A stretch of DNA of 62,607 bases, the filler included. It is 4 parts of 4 records of this genome, joined end to end, with 100 filler letters (N's around TTAATTAATTAA, not from the genome) between each part and the next. Parts side by side here need not be neighbours in the genome. Positions count along the whole stretch, not along the records: positions 1 to 14,075 come from SRR31156797_1839; positions 14,176 to 25,685 come from SRR31156797_1840; 2 more parts are not named here. One strand, given 5' to 3'. Position numbers and translations under genes: made by a program. The notes below the pieces were generated by a model. That model made no database searches. It was given only the letters and a program-made list of their open reading frames with translations, and was not told the origin of the DNA. The first letter of the stretch is position 1. Each line of letters starts with the position of its first letter. Shown here one piece after another: positions 9,480 to 19,039 of the stretch.

Positions 9480-11708
9480 ATGTACCAGCATAATGACCTG
9501 TCAACTCTGGTCTCTCAATTTATAAATAATACAAGTCAGAATGTTTTTTTAACGGGAAAAGCCGGAACCGGTAAAACTACCTTGTTAAAAAGAATTACTC
9601 AAAATACGCATAAAAGTGTCATTGTGGCTGCTCCAACAGGTATTGCTGCTATTAATGCCGGAGGGGTGACATTACATTCCTTATTTCAATTGCCGTTTGG
9701 TGCATTCGTGCCAGATAATAATGGTTTGGCCGGAATTAATTTACAATCGCAAATAAATACACCACGAACACTTTTAAGTTCTTTTCAAATGCATAAAACA
9801 AAACGTAATATGCTGAAGAAATTGGAGCTGCTTATTATTGATGAAGTGAGTATGTTACGTGCAGATCTATTGGATGCTATAGATTTGATATTAAGAAGTG
9901 TTCGAGGGAAAAGAGATGTTCCTTTCGGAGGAGTTCAGTTACTTTTTATTGGAGATCTATTGCAGTTACCACCTGTAATAAAAGAGGAGGAGTGGAGAGT
10001 AGTTGGAAAATATTATTCAAGTGCTTTCTTTTTTAATGCGCAAATCTTAAGACAAAGTCCTCCGCTTTATGTGGAGTTGGAAAAGATTTATCGTCAATCG
10101 GATGAGACTTTTATTAGACTCCTGAATAATCTTAGAAACAACATTATAACTTCTGATGATAAAGGGCTGCTTAATAAGTATTATAAATCAAATTATCAGC
10201 AAACAACAAATGATGGGGTGATATTGCTGACAACACATAATAAAATAGCTGATGAAAAAAATCGACGTGCTTTAGAGAGTATTTCAGAGCGATCTTTTAT
10301 TTATAAAGCTGAAATTGAAGGTGATTTTAATGAGTATAGTTACCCTGCGGATAAGGAGTTGGAGCTTAAAGTTGGAGCTCAAGTCATGTTTACAAAAAAT
10401 GACTATTCAGGTGAGCAACGATATTTTAACGGAAAGATTGGCGTGGTCAGTAAATTACTTCAAGATGAAATTGAGGTAACTTTTTCTGATGGTTCTGAGC
10501 CCGCATTGGCAGAACTTTATACCTGGGAAAATAAAAAGTATAGTGTCAATAAAGAAACCAACGAAATTGAGGAGAATATAACAGGGACTTTTAAACAGTA
10601 TCCGTTGAAATTAGCCTGGGCAATTACCGTTCATAAGAGTCAGGGGCTTACTTTTGACAAGGCTGTAATTGATGTTCAAAATGCATTTGCCCCTGGTCAG
10701 ATATATGTAGCGCTTTCTCGATTGAGAAGTTTGGATGGGTTAATTCTTAGTTCACCTATTCCGGAAGAAGGTCTTCAGCAGGATGCGTCGCTTAAAAGTT
10801 TTTCATCATCAAAGAAAACATTAGATGAACTTGAACAGGCTTTACAGGAAGCATCTAAAAAATACATGCATCAATTTTTAATTAATGCTTTTGATTTTTC
10901 TAATCTGGTTCAGGAAATTAGTCGTCATTTAACTTCTTACACCAAGGATGCAAAACGTTCAGTCAAGCAGCAATATAAATCTAATGCTGAAAGTTGGCAT
11001 AAGGAAACGCTGTCGTTAAAAGAAATTGCCGATAAATTCAGAAATGAGTTAAACAGGCTTGCTTTATCTGGAGACCCGGTTTATTTAAATAGAATAGAAG
11101 AAAGGCTGGTAAAGGCTATTGCATATTTTGAGCCGCTAATTAAGGAGGTTCATGATGACATTAGGTTGTTATGTAAGATGGTGAAAGCAACTAAAGGGAC
11201 TAAGGCATTTCAAACAGAGTTGTTGGATTTATCGAACCTTTACTTTGGGCAATTACAGGTGATTTATAAGGCGCAGACCTTAGTTCAGTCTGCCATTAAT
11301 GGGACTGGTTTTGATAAGATGGCACTGAATAATCCGGATTTCGAAGCTTCCAGAGAAATGGATGTGAAGGAAAAGAAGAAGAAAGAGTCTAAAAAGAAAA
11401 AAGAGAAAGTAGATACTAAAAAACTTTCGTTTGATCTGTATCAAAGTGGAAAAGGAATTGAAGAGATAGCGAAAGAAAGATCTTTGGCTCGATCGACTAT
11501 TGAAGGTCATTTGGCTCATTATATTGCCTTGGGCGAACTGGATGTGTTGAAATTTTTAGAAGCTGATAAAGTAAATGCGATTGAGAAGAGTATACATAAA
11601 CTCGACACCTTTAAACTAACTCCCTTGAAAGAAGATTTAGGCAGTGATTTTACCTTTGGTGAAATCAGGTTGGGAGTTGCTGCCGTAATTGGACAAAAGA
11701 CTGATTAG
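9480..11708 (+). CDS. PIF1/RecD-like SF1B helicase with C-terminal HTH domain
   Basis: GKAGTGKT, APTGIAA, DEVSM, GDLLQLPP, WAITVHKSQGLT, YVALSR; ATG 9480 is more plausible than the GTG/TTG start of the track. Confidence 0.9.
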   Translation: MYQHNDLSTLVSQFINNTSQNVFLTGKAGTGKTTLLKRITQNTHKSVIVAAPTGIAAINAGGVTLHSLFQLPFGAFVPDNNGLAGINLQSQINTPRTLLSSFQMHKTKRNMLKKLELLIIDEVSMLRADLLDAIDLILRSVRGKRDVPFGGVQLLFIGDLLQLPPVIKEEEWRVVGKYYSSAFFFNAQILRQSPPLYVELEKIYRQSDETFIRLLNNLRNNIITSDDKGLLNKYYKSNYQQTTNDGVILLTTHNKIADEKNRRALESISERSFIYKAEIEGDFNEYSYPADKELELKVGAQVMFTKNDYSGEQRYFNGKIGVVSKLLQDEIEVTFSDGSEPALAELYTWENKKYSVNKETNEIEENITGTFKQYPLKLAWAITVHKSQGLTFDKAVIDVQNAFAPGQIYVALSRLRSLDGLILSSPIPEEGLQQDASLKSFSSSKKTLDELEQALQEASKKYMHQFLINAFDFSNLVQEISRHLTSYTKDAKRSVKQQYKSNAESWHKETLSLKEIADKFRNELNRLALSGDPVYLNRIEERLVKAIAYFEPLIKEVHDDIRLLCKMVKATKGTKAFQTELLDLSNLYFGQLQVIYKAQTLVQSAINGTGFDKMALNNPDFEASREMDVKEKKKKESKKKKEKVDTKKLSFDLYQSGKGIEEIAKERSLARSTIEGHLAHYIALGELDVLKFLEADKVNAIEKSIHKLDTFKLTPLKEDLGSDFTFGEIRLGVAAVIGQKTD

Positions 11709-11720
11709 TACAAAATGTTA

Positions 11721-11728
11721 TATCTTTG
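11721..11728 (+). promoter_or_regulatory. Bacteroidota -7 promoter element
   Basis: TATCTTTG about 20 nt before the AraC start. Confidence 0.6.
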
Positions 11729-11747
11729 AGATGATTTTGTAAAAAGT

Positions 11748-12635
11748 ATGGCAAAAGTCAAGCAAAATATACCGACGTATGGGCTTCAGTCCTTTAGTCA
11801 TCCGCAATATGCAAGCAGGCAGTTTCATGTGGAACCTTTCGATGCCAATCGTCATTTTAGGGTAAGTTACCCTCATCGTCACGATTTTTTTGAAGTGCTT
11901 TATCTTACAAAAGGTTCAGGAAATCATGTGATTGATAGTAGTCAGTATAAAATAGAACCGCCTTGTGTTTTTTATATGTCGCCGGGGCAGGCGCATAAAA
12001 TTGAGTTTTCCAGTGATATTGAAGGTTACCTGTTTATTTTTGCGGCTGAGTTCTATTTGTTTGATAAGAATAACCAAAATCGCCTGTTAGAATTTCCATT
12101 CTTTTTTAATATTCATCAGGACAATCCGCCTTTGCAATTATATGATGATTCCGATTGTGAATTCTTGAAGCAATTATTTAAAAAAGGAATTAAGGAAGTT
12201 ACTAAAGAAGATGGAGGCAATGTTGATTTGCTAAGATCAATATTAGATACCATTCTTAATTATACTTCAGGTTTATATACAATTGAAGAACAGGGGGTGT
12301 CATCCGGAAGAGGTCATTTGTTAGTAAAACGTTTTTTTCAGTTAGTAGAGGAAAATTACCAAAACAATTTAAGTGTAAATCAATATGCTGATTTATTAGC
12401 CATAACTGCGAATCATCTTACTCAAACAGTTAAACAATTGACAGGACGTACTTCTAATGAAGTTATACAGAGTAAGCAAATTCTTGAAATCAAGCGATTG
12501 TTGATACACACTAGTCTTACCGTTACTCAGATTGCGGATCAGTTAAACTTTGCCGATCAATCTTATTTTACTAAGTTTTTCAAGAAATCAACTGGGGTTA
12601 CACCGGCTAAATTCAGAGCCGAATTTGTTAGGTAA
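11748..12635 (+). CDS. AraC-family transcriptional regulator
   Basis: Cupin PHRHDFFE; C-terminal IADQLNFADQSYFTKFFKKSTGVTP. Confidence 0.93.
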   Translation: MAKVKQNIPTYGLQSFSHPQYASRQFHVEPFDANRHFRVSYPHRHDFFEVLYLTKGSGNHVIDSSQYKIEPPCVFYMSPGQAHKIEFSSDIEGYLFIFAAEFYLFDKNNQNRLLEFPFFFNIHQDNPPLQLYDDSDCEFLKQLFKKGIKEVTKEDGGNVDLLRSILDTILNYTSGLYTIEEQGVSSGRGHLLVKRFFQLVEENYQNNLSVNQYADLLAITANHLTQTVKQLTGRTSNEVIQSKQILEIKRLLIHTSLTVTQIADQLNFADQSYFTKFFKKSTGVTPAKFRAEFVR

Positions 12636-12839
12636 ATATTTATGCAAATTACATGCATAAATATAAATCCATGAAAAGTACCTAATAAAAGTGTTTTTTT
12701 ACGATCATAATTCCTTTTTTTATCTGTTGATTTGTAATGTGAAGTTGCGTACCTTGCTTATCGCTTAAAAAAGAATAAGTTATTACGCAATTTAAGCAAG
12801 TAATTATTTAAGAAATTTCAAATATTTAATTTTATTAAA

Positions 12840-14075
12840 ATGGCTAATTATTTTAATACATTACCGTTACGTGAGCAATTAAACCAATTAGGAGTTTGCG
12901 AATTCATGGATAGTTCAGAATTTGCAGATGGTGTTGAAAAGCTAAAAGGTAAAAAAATAGTTATTGTAGGTTGTGGAGCTCAAGGTTTAAACCAAGGGCT
13001 GAATATGAGAGACTCTGGTTTAGATGTTTCTTATACATTAAGAGAGGCTGCTATTAAAGAGCAACGTCAATCTTGGAAAAATGCTACTGAAAATAACTTT
13101 GCGGTAGGTACTTACGAAGAGATGATTCCTACTGCAGATATGGTAGTTAACCTTACTCCTGATAAGCAGCACACTAACGTGGTAAGTGAAGTAATGCCAT
13201 TAATGAAAAAAGGAGCTACTTTGTCTTACTCTCATGGTTTTAATATTGTTGAAGAGGGAATGCAAGTTCGCGAAGATCTTACTGTTGTAATGGTTGCTCC
13301 TAAGTCTCCGGGTTCTGAGGTTCGTGAAGAGTATAAAAGGGGTTTTGGTGTACCAACATTAATCGCTGTTCACCCTGAAAATGATCCAAATGGTGACGGA
13401 TTAGAAATTGCAAAAGCCTATGCTGCTGCAACTGGTGGACATAGAGCTGGCGTTTTACGTTCTTCTTTTGTTGCTGAGGTAAAGTCTGACCTTATGGGTG
13501 AGCAAACTATTCTTTGTGGTTTGTTACAAACAGGTTCTATTCTTTCTTTCAACAAAATGGTTGAAAAAGGAATTGATAAAGGATATGCTTCTAAATTAAT
13601 CCAGTACGGATGGGAAGTAATTACTGAGGCTCTTAAAATTGGTGGTATCACCAACATGATGGATCGTCTTTCAAATCCTGCTAAAATTGAGGCATTTAAA
13701 ATTGCTGAGGAATTAAAAGTAATTATGCGTCCATTATTCCAAAAGCATATGGATGATATCATGAGTGGAGAATTCTCTTCTACTATGATGGTAGATTGGG
13801 CTAATGGAGATAAAAACCTATTAGGCTGGAGAGCTGAAACAGGAGAAACTGATTTTGAGAAAACACCAGCTGGAGATGTTGAAATTACAGAACAGGAGTA
13901 CTTTGATAATGGTCTTTTAATGGTTGCTTTTGTTAAGTCTGGAGTAGAATTAGCATTCGAAACAATGACAGAAGCTGGTATTAAAGAAGAAAGTGCCTAT
14001 TATGAATCACTTCACGAAACGCCATTGATCGCTAATACCATTGCTCGTAAAAAATTATTCGAAATGAACCGTGTA
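12840..14075 (+). CDS. ilvC: ketol-acid reductoisomerase, long class II form, 3' truncated by contig end
   Basis: [43 protein letters not shown]. Confidence 0.97.
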
Positions 14076-14175
14076 NNNNNNNNNNNNNNNNNNNNNNNNN
14101 NNNNNNNNNNNNNNNNNNNTTAATTAATTAANNNNNNNNNNNNNNNNNNNNNNNNNNNNNNNNNNNNNNNNNNNN
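14076..14175. other. artificial contig spacer
   Basis: N44-TTAATTAATTAA-N44; base composition changes sharply across it. Confidence 0.98.
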
Positions 14176-14212
14176 AGCGGGAAATCCCGTAAGAATACCT
14201 TATTATGAAGTT

Positions 14213-15097
14213 ATGAATGCTTTTTATTCTATCCGGCAGCTTCTCATCGTCCCTTTTGTCATGGTCTCCCTTCTGACAGGCTGCGTCTCGGCTGGAGTTT
14301 CGCCTGACGGGACAGTGTCGGGCGAAGCGGAGGACAACGGAAATGCGGCGGCGTCCGCCACCGCCTCGGACGAATCGGCAGAGGACGCGGATCTTACTGA
14401 TCCGGAGGGACCCGATTCACTGGTGGAGAGCACCCTGCCCGGAGGCAGTGAATTCCGCCTTGTCGGCATGAGCCCCGGCTTATATGACCCGGAAGAAGAA
14501 ATGTTCCGCGCCCTGGACCATGCCGCACGGCAGCTGGCCATTTACTACGGCGCCGTGGTGGTCAGCCAGGACTACCTTTCGGAGCGGACCGGAGCCACAT
14601 ACGCGGCCGGAAGAATCGAGATACGATACGATGAAGAACTGGCGGAGCGTTTGAAGGAAGACTGCGTTCCGGGGCTTTCCCGCAGGGGGAAGGACTACTA
14701 TGTTACCAGAGTGATTTACGAGTCTCCCGATGCCCCTGAGATTCCCTTTGCCCTTCCGCCGGGAGACGGAAAAAGGCGGCCGGGCTGGCTGGAACGGCCT
14801 CCCCTGATCGATGGCTATATCGCCGCCGTCGGCAGCGCGCAGGCAAGGCGCAGCCTGGCCGAGTCCTGGGATCAGGCCGACAGGGAAGCGATGGCGGGCA
14901 TCGCCGAATCCCTGGGAACCCAGATCCGTTCCCGTGAGGCTGAAATCGCTAAGGAGGGGGGTGGCGCCTTCAAGGCGGAGAGCTTTGTGATCTCCAGCAA
15001 ACGCATCACGGGAATGTATGTGATCGCCCGCTGGCGCTCTCCCGACCACAGGACCTATTACTCCCTGGCGGTTAAGAAGAAGGAGCAGGCCCGGTAG
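14213..15097 (+). CDS. lipoprotein, LPP20-like
   Basis: Lipobox LLTGC after a hydrophobic stretch; RPGWLERPP...AVGSA...ADREAMAGIA resembles LPP20-type domains. Confidence 0.6.
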   Translation: MNAFYSIRQLLIVPFVMVSLLTGCVSAGVSPDGTVSGEAEDNGNAAASATASDESAEDADLTDPEGPDSLVESTLPGGSEFRLVGMSPGLYDPEEEMFRALDHAARQLAIYYGAVVVSQDYLSERTGATYAAGRIEIRYDEELAERLKEDCVPGLSRRGKDYYVTRVIYESPDAPEIPFALPPGDGKRRPGWLERPPLIDGYIAAVGSAQARRSLAESWDQADREAMAGIAESLGTQIRSREAEIAKEGGGAFKAESFVISSKRITGMYVIARWRSPDHRTYYSLAVKKKEQAR

Positions 15098-15139
15098 TTT
15101 CCGGGGACGGGGATGAAACGGAATGCCTTCTCGGGAAGC

Positions 15140-15832
15140 TTAGACCTTAAGAGATGACAGGGCCTGTTTCAGCCCCTCGAAGTCGGGAGAGGGCAATTCC
15201 ATCTCGAAGGGCCTCTGCCCCACGTTCTCAGGATAGTGGGCGTCTGAGCCCGTGGTCTCGGGATAGCGGCCGCCGTTCAGTTCGCAGGGGCGTCTCATAA
15301 CCTCTACCGCATCCCAGGGGCCGTCGGGAAGGAAACCCAGCTGACTCTTTACGCTGAAGGCGGCCCGGTCTATATGGGCCGGGATAAACAGACCGCCCTC
15401 CTTATGGACCATATGGGCCAGCTCCTCCATTTCGAATTCCACGGCGCCGCTGGTCAGGTTCTTGTCCAGTTCTCCCAGGATGCTCTCGTCCTCGTCCACG
15501 ACGATCTGGTCGCCCATGAGCTCGGGGTTGTTGGGGATGGATTGGAGGTCTTCATAGATTATGTAGCTGAAGCGTACGGCGGTCTTCAGGTCGCCGAAAA
15601 GACAGAGAAGATGGGCCTCCTCCCGGCCGGTCACCTCCATGCCGAACACCGGTACGATGCCCGCGCGGCGGCAGCAGACGGCGAAGGCGGGGAGGTTGTC
15701 TCCCGCGTTGTGGTCCGTCAGGGCGAGCATGCCGATGCCCTTCGCCTTCGCCTCTTCCACCAGACGGGCGGGGGACATCTCAAGGCTGCCGCAGGGGCTG
15801 AGGCAGGAATGATTGTGAAGATCGATAAGCAT
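15140..15832 (-). CDS. PHP-domain phosphoesterase
   Basis: DLHNHSCLSPCG, ALTDHN, PAHIDR, SDAH. Confidence 0.9.
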   Translation of the reverse strand: MLIDLHNHSCLSPCGSLEMSPARLVEEAKAKGIGMLALTDHNAGDNLPAFAVCCRRAGIVPVFGMEVTGREEAHLLCLFGDLKTAVRFSYIIYEDLQSIPNNPELMGDQIVVDEDESILGELDKNLTSGAVEFEMEELAHMVHKEGGLFIPAHIDRAAFSVKSQLGFLPDGPWDAVEVMRRPCELNGGRYPETTGSDAHYPENVGQRPFEMELPSPDFEGLKQALSSLKV

Positions 15833-16158
15833 CAGAGCTTTTCGTGCACCTTCCAGGAGGCGGTGAACTGATCGTCTTTGGTCCGGTAGACGGCAACGCC
15901 CTCGTCCGCCGCCGCTTCGAGCATGTCCCCGGGAGCGGGGCGGTTATTGCAGATCAACAGGGCGCTGATCCCCGCCAGAGAGGCTACGGCCACGGTGTTT
16001 TTGTGGGCCTGTATGGTGATCAGGACCGAGTCCTCGGGGGCGTTGCCCATTACGTCGCTGAGCAGGTCGGAGGTGTATCCCCCCGTAAGGGCGTTGTCGT
16101 TCCCCTCGGAAACAAGGCACTCGTATCCCAGCTGGTCTTTCAAATCGCTAACTTTCAT
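15832..16158 (-). CDS. DRTGG-like domain protein
   Basis: GGYTSDLLSDVMGNA, ITIQAHKNTVAVA; translationally coupled to both neighbours. Confidence 0.85.
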   Translation of the reverse strand: MKVSDLKDQLGYECLVSEGNDNALTGGYTSDLLSDVMGNAPEDSVLITIQAHKNTVAVASLAGISALLICNNRPAPGDMLEAAADEGVAVYRTKDDQFTASWKVHEKL

Positions 16159-17093
16159 TCCTGTGTATCTCCTTTGCTGTTGCGGGGCTGGGTGAAGATG
16201 ACGGATGTCACGGTCGTCCCCTCCTCGACTGCTGATGTTATGGTGAACTCATCGGATACCCGTTTCACATTGGGCAGTCCCATCCCTGCGCCGAATCCCA
16301 GGGAGCGGATCCAGTCGTTGGCCGTAGAGTAGCCCTCCGTCAGGGCGTCCTCGACACGGGGGATGCCGGGCCCGCTGTCGGCGGCGATGATCTTTACCTT
16401 GTCGTTGTCGATGACGAAGTTCATGCGTCCCCCCAGGGAGTGGACCACCTGGTTGATCTCAAGCTCGTATGAGGCTACGGCGATGCGGCGGATGATCTTT
16501 CTGTCGATCCCCCTTTTTTTGAGGGTCTTCTTTATCTCGGTGGATGCCTTCCCGGCGTTCTCAAAGTCGTAACGGTGGCAGATGAAGCTCATCTCCTGGG
16601 ATCCGCTGTCCTGCACCGTGTTCTGGGGCAGCATTTCCTCCAGGCGGGTCATCTCCCTGTTCATCTCCACCAGAAGGTGGTTTACGATATCCCGGGTTGT
16701 GATGATCCCCGTCAGCTCCTTGTTCATATTCAGGACGGGGAAGCGGCCGTAATGGTATTTGTCCATGTAGTTGATGGCGAAAGAGAGGGGCATATCCTCC
16801 TCCAGAACGATGACGTTCCGGGTCATATGTTTTCCGGCTTCCTCTTCTATCAATCCCTTGTCCATGGCCTGGAGGACATCCTCCATGCTGACGATGCCGC
16901 AAAGTCTGGATTTCTCGGCAACGGGAAGTCCGGTGATCCGCTCTTCCTTCATGATCCTCTGGATCTCTCTCATGGAGCAGTGCTTGTCAGCGGTCTTGAC
17001 ATCCCGTGTCATCACATCCTTGATCTTCAGCTTGAAGATCAGCTCCAGCATGATCGACGGAGAGTTGTCCGTATTTAATGGTATACCCTGCAT
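16155..17093 (-). CDS. CBS-pair protein fused to an RsbT-like anti-sigma/Ser-Thr kinase domain
   Basis: Two CBS repeats (VMTRDV...GLPV, HMTRNV...RFPV), then DFENAGKAS, YELEIN, DSGPGI, GFGAGMGLPN. Confidence 0.85.
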   Translation of the reverse strand: MQGIPLNTDNSPSIMLELIFKLKIKDVMTRDVKTADKHCSMREIQRIMKEERITGLPVAEKSRLCGIVSMEDVLQAMDKGLIEEEAGKHMTRNVIVLEEDMPLSFAINYMDKYHYGRFPVLNMNKELTGIITTRDIVNHLLVEMNREMTRLEEMLPQNTVQDSGSQEMSFICHRYDFENAGKASTEIKKTLKKRGIDRKIIRRIAVASYELEINQVVHSLGGRMNFVIDNDKVKIIAADSGPGIPRVEDALTEGYSTANDWIRSLGFGAGMGLPNVKRVSDEFTITSAVEEGTTVTSVIFTQPRNSKGDTQE

Positions 17094-17193
17094 ATTTCTA
17101 ATATAAATGATATCGTGTTTATATCAAAGGGCTCCGCCTGGAGCCCGTAATGATAGCCAACATCGGATTATCGAAGAAAAGGAGTGAGGAAAT

Positions 17194-17706
17194 ATGGCTG
17201 TGATTGACCAGAATCTGACAGAGCGGGACCTGGAGATCCTGCGCGAGGCGGCTTCCGAAGGCCGGCAGGCGAAGGCCGCCGGGAACCATCCCTTCGGAGC
17301 CGTGCTGACCGACGGGGAGGGCAGGATCATCCTCCGGGCTCAGAACACTGTGACCACCGAGCACAACGACTGCGGCCATGCGGAGACCAACCTGATGATC
17401 GCCGCCTCGAAGAAGTTCTCCCGCGAGTTCCTGGAGGGCTGCAGTCTCTACACCTCCGTCGAGCCCTGCGCCATGTGCGCCGGGGCCGTTTACTGGACCA
17501 ATGTCAGGCGGGTGGTCTACGGGATCTCCGAGCATCAGCTTCTTGAACTGACCGGAGACGATCCGGAGAATCAGACCTTCGACCTGCCCTGCCGCGAGGT
17601 CTTTGAAAGGGGACAGAAAGAGATCACCATAGCCGGTCCCGCAGAGGACAAAGAGCTGCAGAACCTGATCGTGGAGGACCATAAGGGCTTCTGGCAGAAT
17701 CACTGA
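17194..17706 (+). CDS. nucleoside/guanine deaminase (CDA fold)
   Basis: PFGAVL, HAE, EPCAMC zinc motif; RBS GGAGTGAGG upstream. Confidence 0.9.
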   Translation: MAVIDQNLTERDLEILREAASEGRQAKAAGNHPFGAVLTDGEGRIILRAQNTVTTEHNDCGHAETNLMIAASKKFSREFLEGCSLYTSVEPCAMCAGAVYWTNVRRVVYGISEHQLLELTGDDPENQTFDLPCREVFERGQKEITIAGPAEDKELQNLIVEDHKGFWQNH

Positions 17707-17879
17707 TTCATACCAGAATGTGTTTTTTTATCCATAAATTGCTTAATCAGTCAGCTGGGAAGCAGGAAAAGGAAATACAAGCGAATAATTATGGACAAAT
17801 CCCTTTCCTTGGATAATGATAGTATGAAAAGAGAGCTTGTCTGACGACATGCGCTCAATTCAAAGGAAAGGATGAAGTA

Positions 17880-18890
17880 ATGAAAAAGTTTCTGTTCGCG
17901 CTACTGATCTGTATGATCTCTCTGTCTCCCCTGTTCGCCGGCGGTGCCCAGGAGGCTGCCGATGCTGATGAGGTAAAGGTAGCTCTGATACTTCCCAGCT
18001 CTGCCGACGACAAGGGCTGGAGCCAGAGCATCTATGATGCGGCTCTGCGCGTGGCCGAGGCCAATCCCGGAAAGATGGTTGTGGAGTACAGCGAGAATAT
18101 GAAGCCCGTAGACGCCAACTCGGCAGCGCGTCAGTACATCGCTCAGGGCTTTAAGTATATCGTTCTTCACGGTTCCCAGTATAACAACACGGCCGTTGAG
18201 CTGGGCGAGGAGTTCCCTGATGTCAGATTCGTATTCGGAACCTCTTCCGAGATTCTGGGCGATAATATCATCTCCTACCAGCCTGCCACCGAAGAGCCCG
18301 GATACCTGTGCGGCATCATCGCCGGTATGACCACGCAGACCGGCAAGATCGGCATCGTCGGTCCCGTTGACGGCGGAGACGCCGCCCAGTACAACAGAGG
18401 CTACTGGCTGGGGATCAAGTCTGTGAATCCCGGCGCGGAGATCGGCGTGGCCCACACAGGAAGCTACGGCGACTATGTAAAGGCCGGCGAGCTGGCCCAG
18501 ACCTTTATCAGCGACGGATTCGATATCCTGGCCGGTTCCGCCCAGCAGGGACTTGGCGCTCTTCAGGCCGTCGCCCAGTACCCCGACAAGGACGTCTACT
18601 GGATGGGTACCAGCGAGATGCACTTCCAGGGACCCGAAGGCTACAAACTGATGGCCGCCTGTTCCTATCTGTACGATCCCATTTTCAGCTCCATCGTAGA
18701 GGCCTTCGAGGCCGGTGAGATGGTTCCCGCCGGCGTTCTCTGGCTGACCATCGGAAACGGCGGATTTACCTTCAGCATGGCTAAGGAGAACAAGCTTCTG
18801 ACCGATGAGGTCCGCAAGGCCGTGGAAGACGCCAAGGCAGAGCTTGTGGCGGGCAGCCTCAAGGTGGACTGGCAGAGCGTTAAGTACTGA
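17880..18890 (+). CDS. BMP-family nucleoside ABC transporter substrate-binding protein
   Basis: Spirochaete-type signal SPLFAGGAQE; DKGWSQS, GYLCGIIAG, KIGIVG. Confidence 0.85.
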   Translation: MKKFLFALLICMISLSPLFAGGAQEAADADEVKVALILPSSADDKGWSQSIYDAALRVAEANPGKMVVEYSENMKPVDANSAARQYIAQGFKYIVLHGSQYNNTAVELGEEFPDVRFVFGTSSEILGDNIISYQPATEEPGYLCGIIAGMTTQTGKIGIVGPVDGGDAAQYNRGYWLGIKSVNPGAEIGVAHTGSYGDYVKAGELAQTFISDGFDILAGSAQQGLGALQAVAQYPDKDVYWMGTSEMHFQGPEGYKLMAACSYLYDPIFSSIVEAFEAGEMVPAGVLWLTIGNGGFTFSMAKENKLLTDEVRKAVEDAKAELVAGSLKVDWQSVKY

Positions 18891-18893
18891 TAA

Positions 18894-18975
18894 TCTGAAG
18901 GGGGGGCGGAACCTTCCGTCCCTTCAGAAGTTTATCCGACGCAAGTTCACAGGGCCCCCCTCCGGCGGGTCCTGT
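18894..18975 (+). terminator. two intercistronic stem-loops after the binding-protein gene
   Basis: TCTGAAGGG...CCCTTCAGA (18894-18928) and ACAGGGCCC...GGGTCCTGT (18949-18975); no strong U tract, so possibly mRNA stabilisers. Confidence 0.5.
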
Positions 18976-19039
18976 TCTGCATTTTCCGGGCATCGCTCCG
19001 GAGACCCTTATCTAAAATCAATAATTAAGGAAGTCATTC

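Noticed and set aside
9480-11708. Helicase as a defence or mobile-element gene
   Set aside because: This PIF1-like plus HTH architecture is a common chromosomal gene in Bacteroidota, and no nuclease or integrase is adjacent
14120-14131. TTAATTAATTAA palindrome repeated three times in the window
   Set aside because: Artificial six-frame stop linker inside N spacers
17100-17190. Purine riboswitch upstream of the deaminase
   Set aside because: Only a short GGGCTCC/GGAGCCC hairpin; the conserved UAUAAU...GUUUCUACC core is absent
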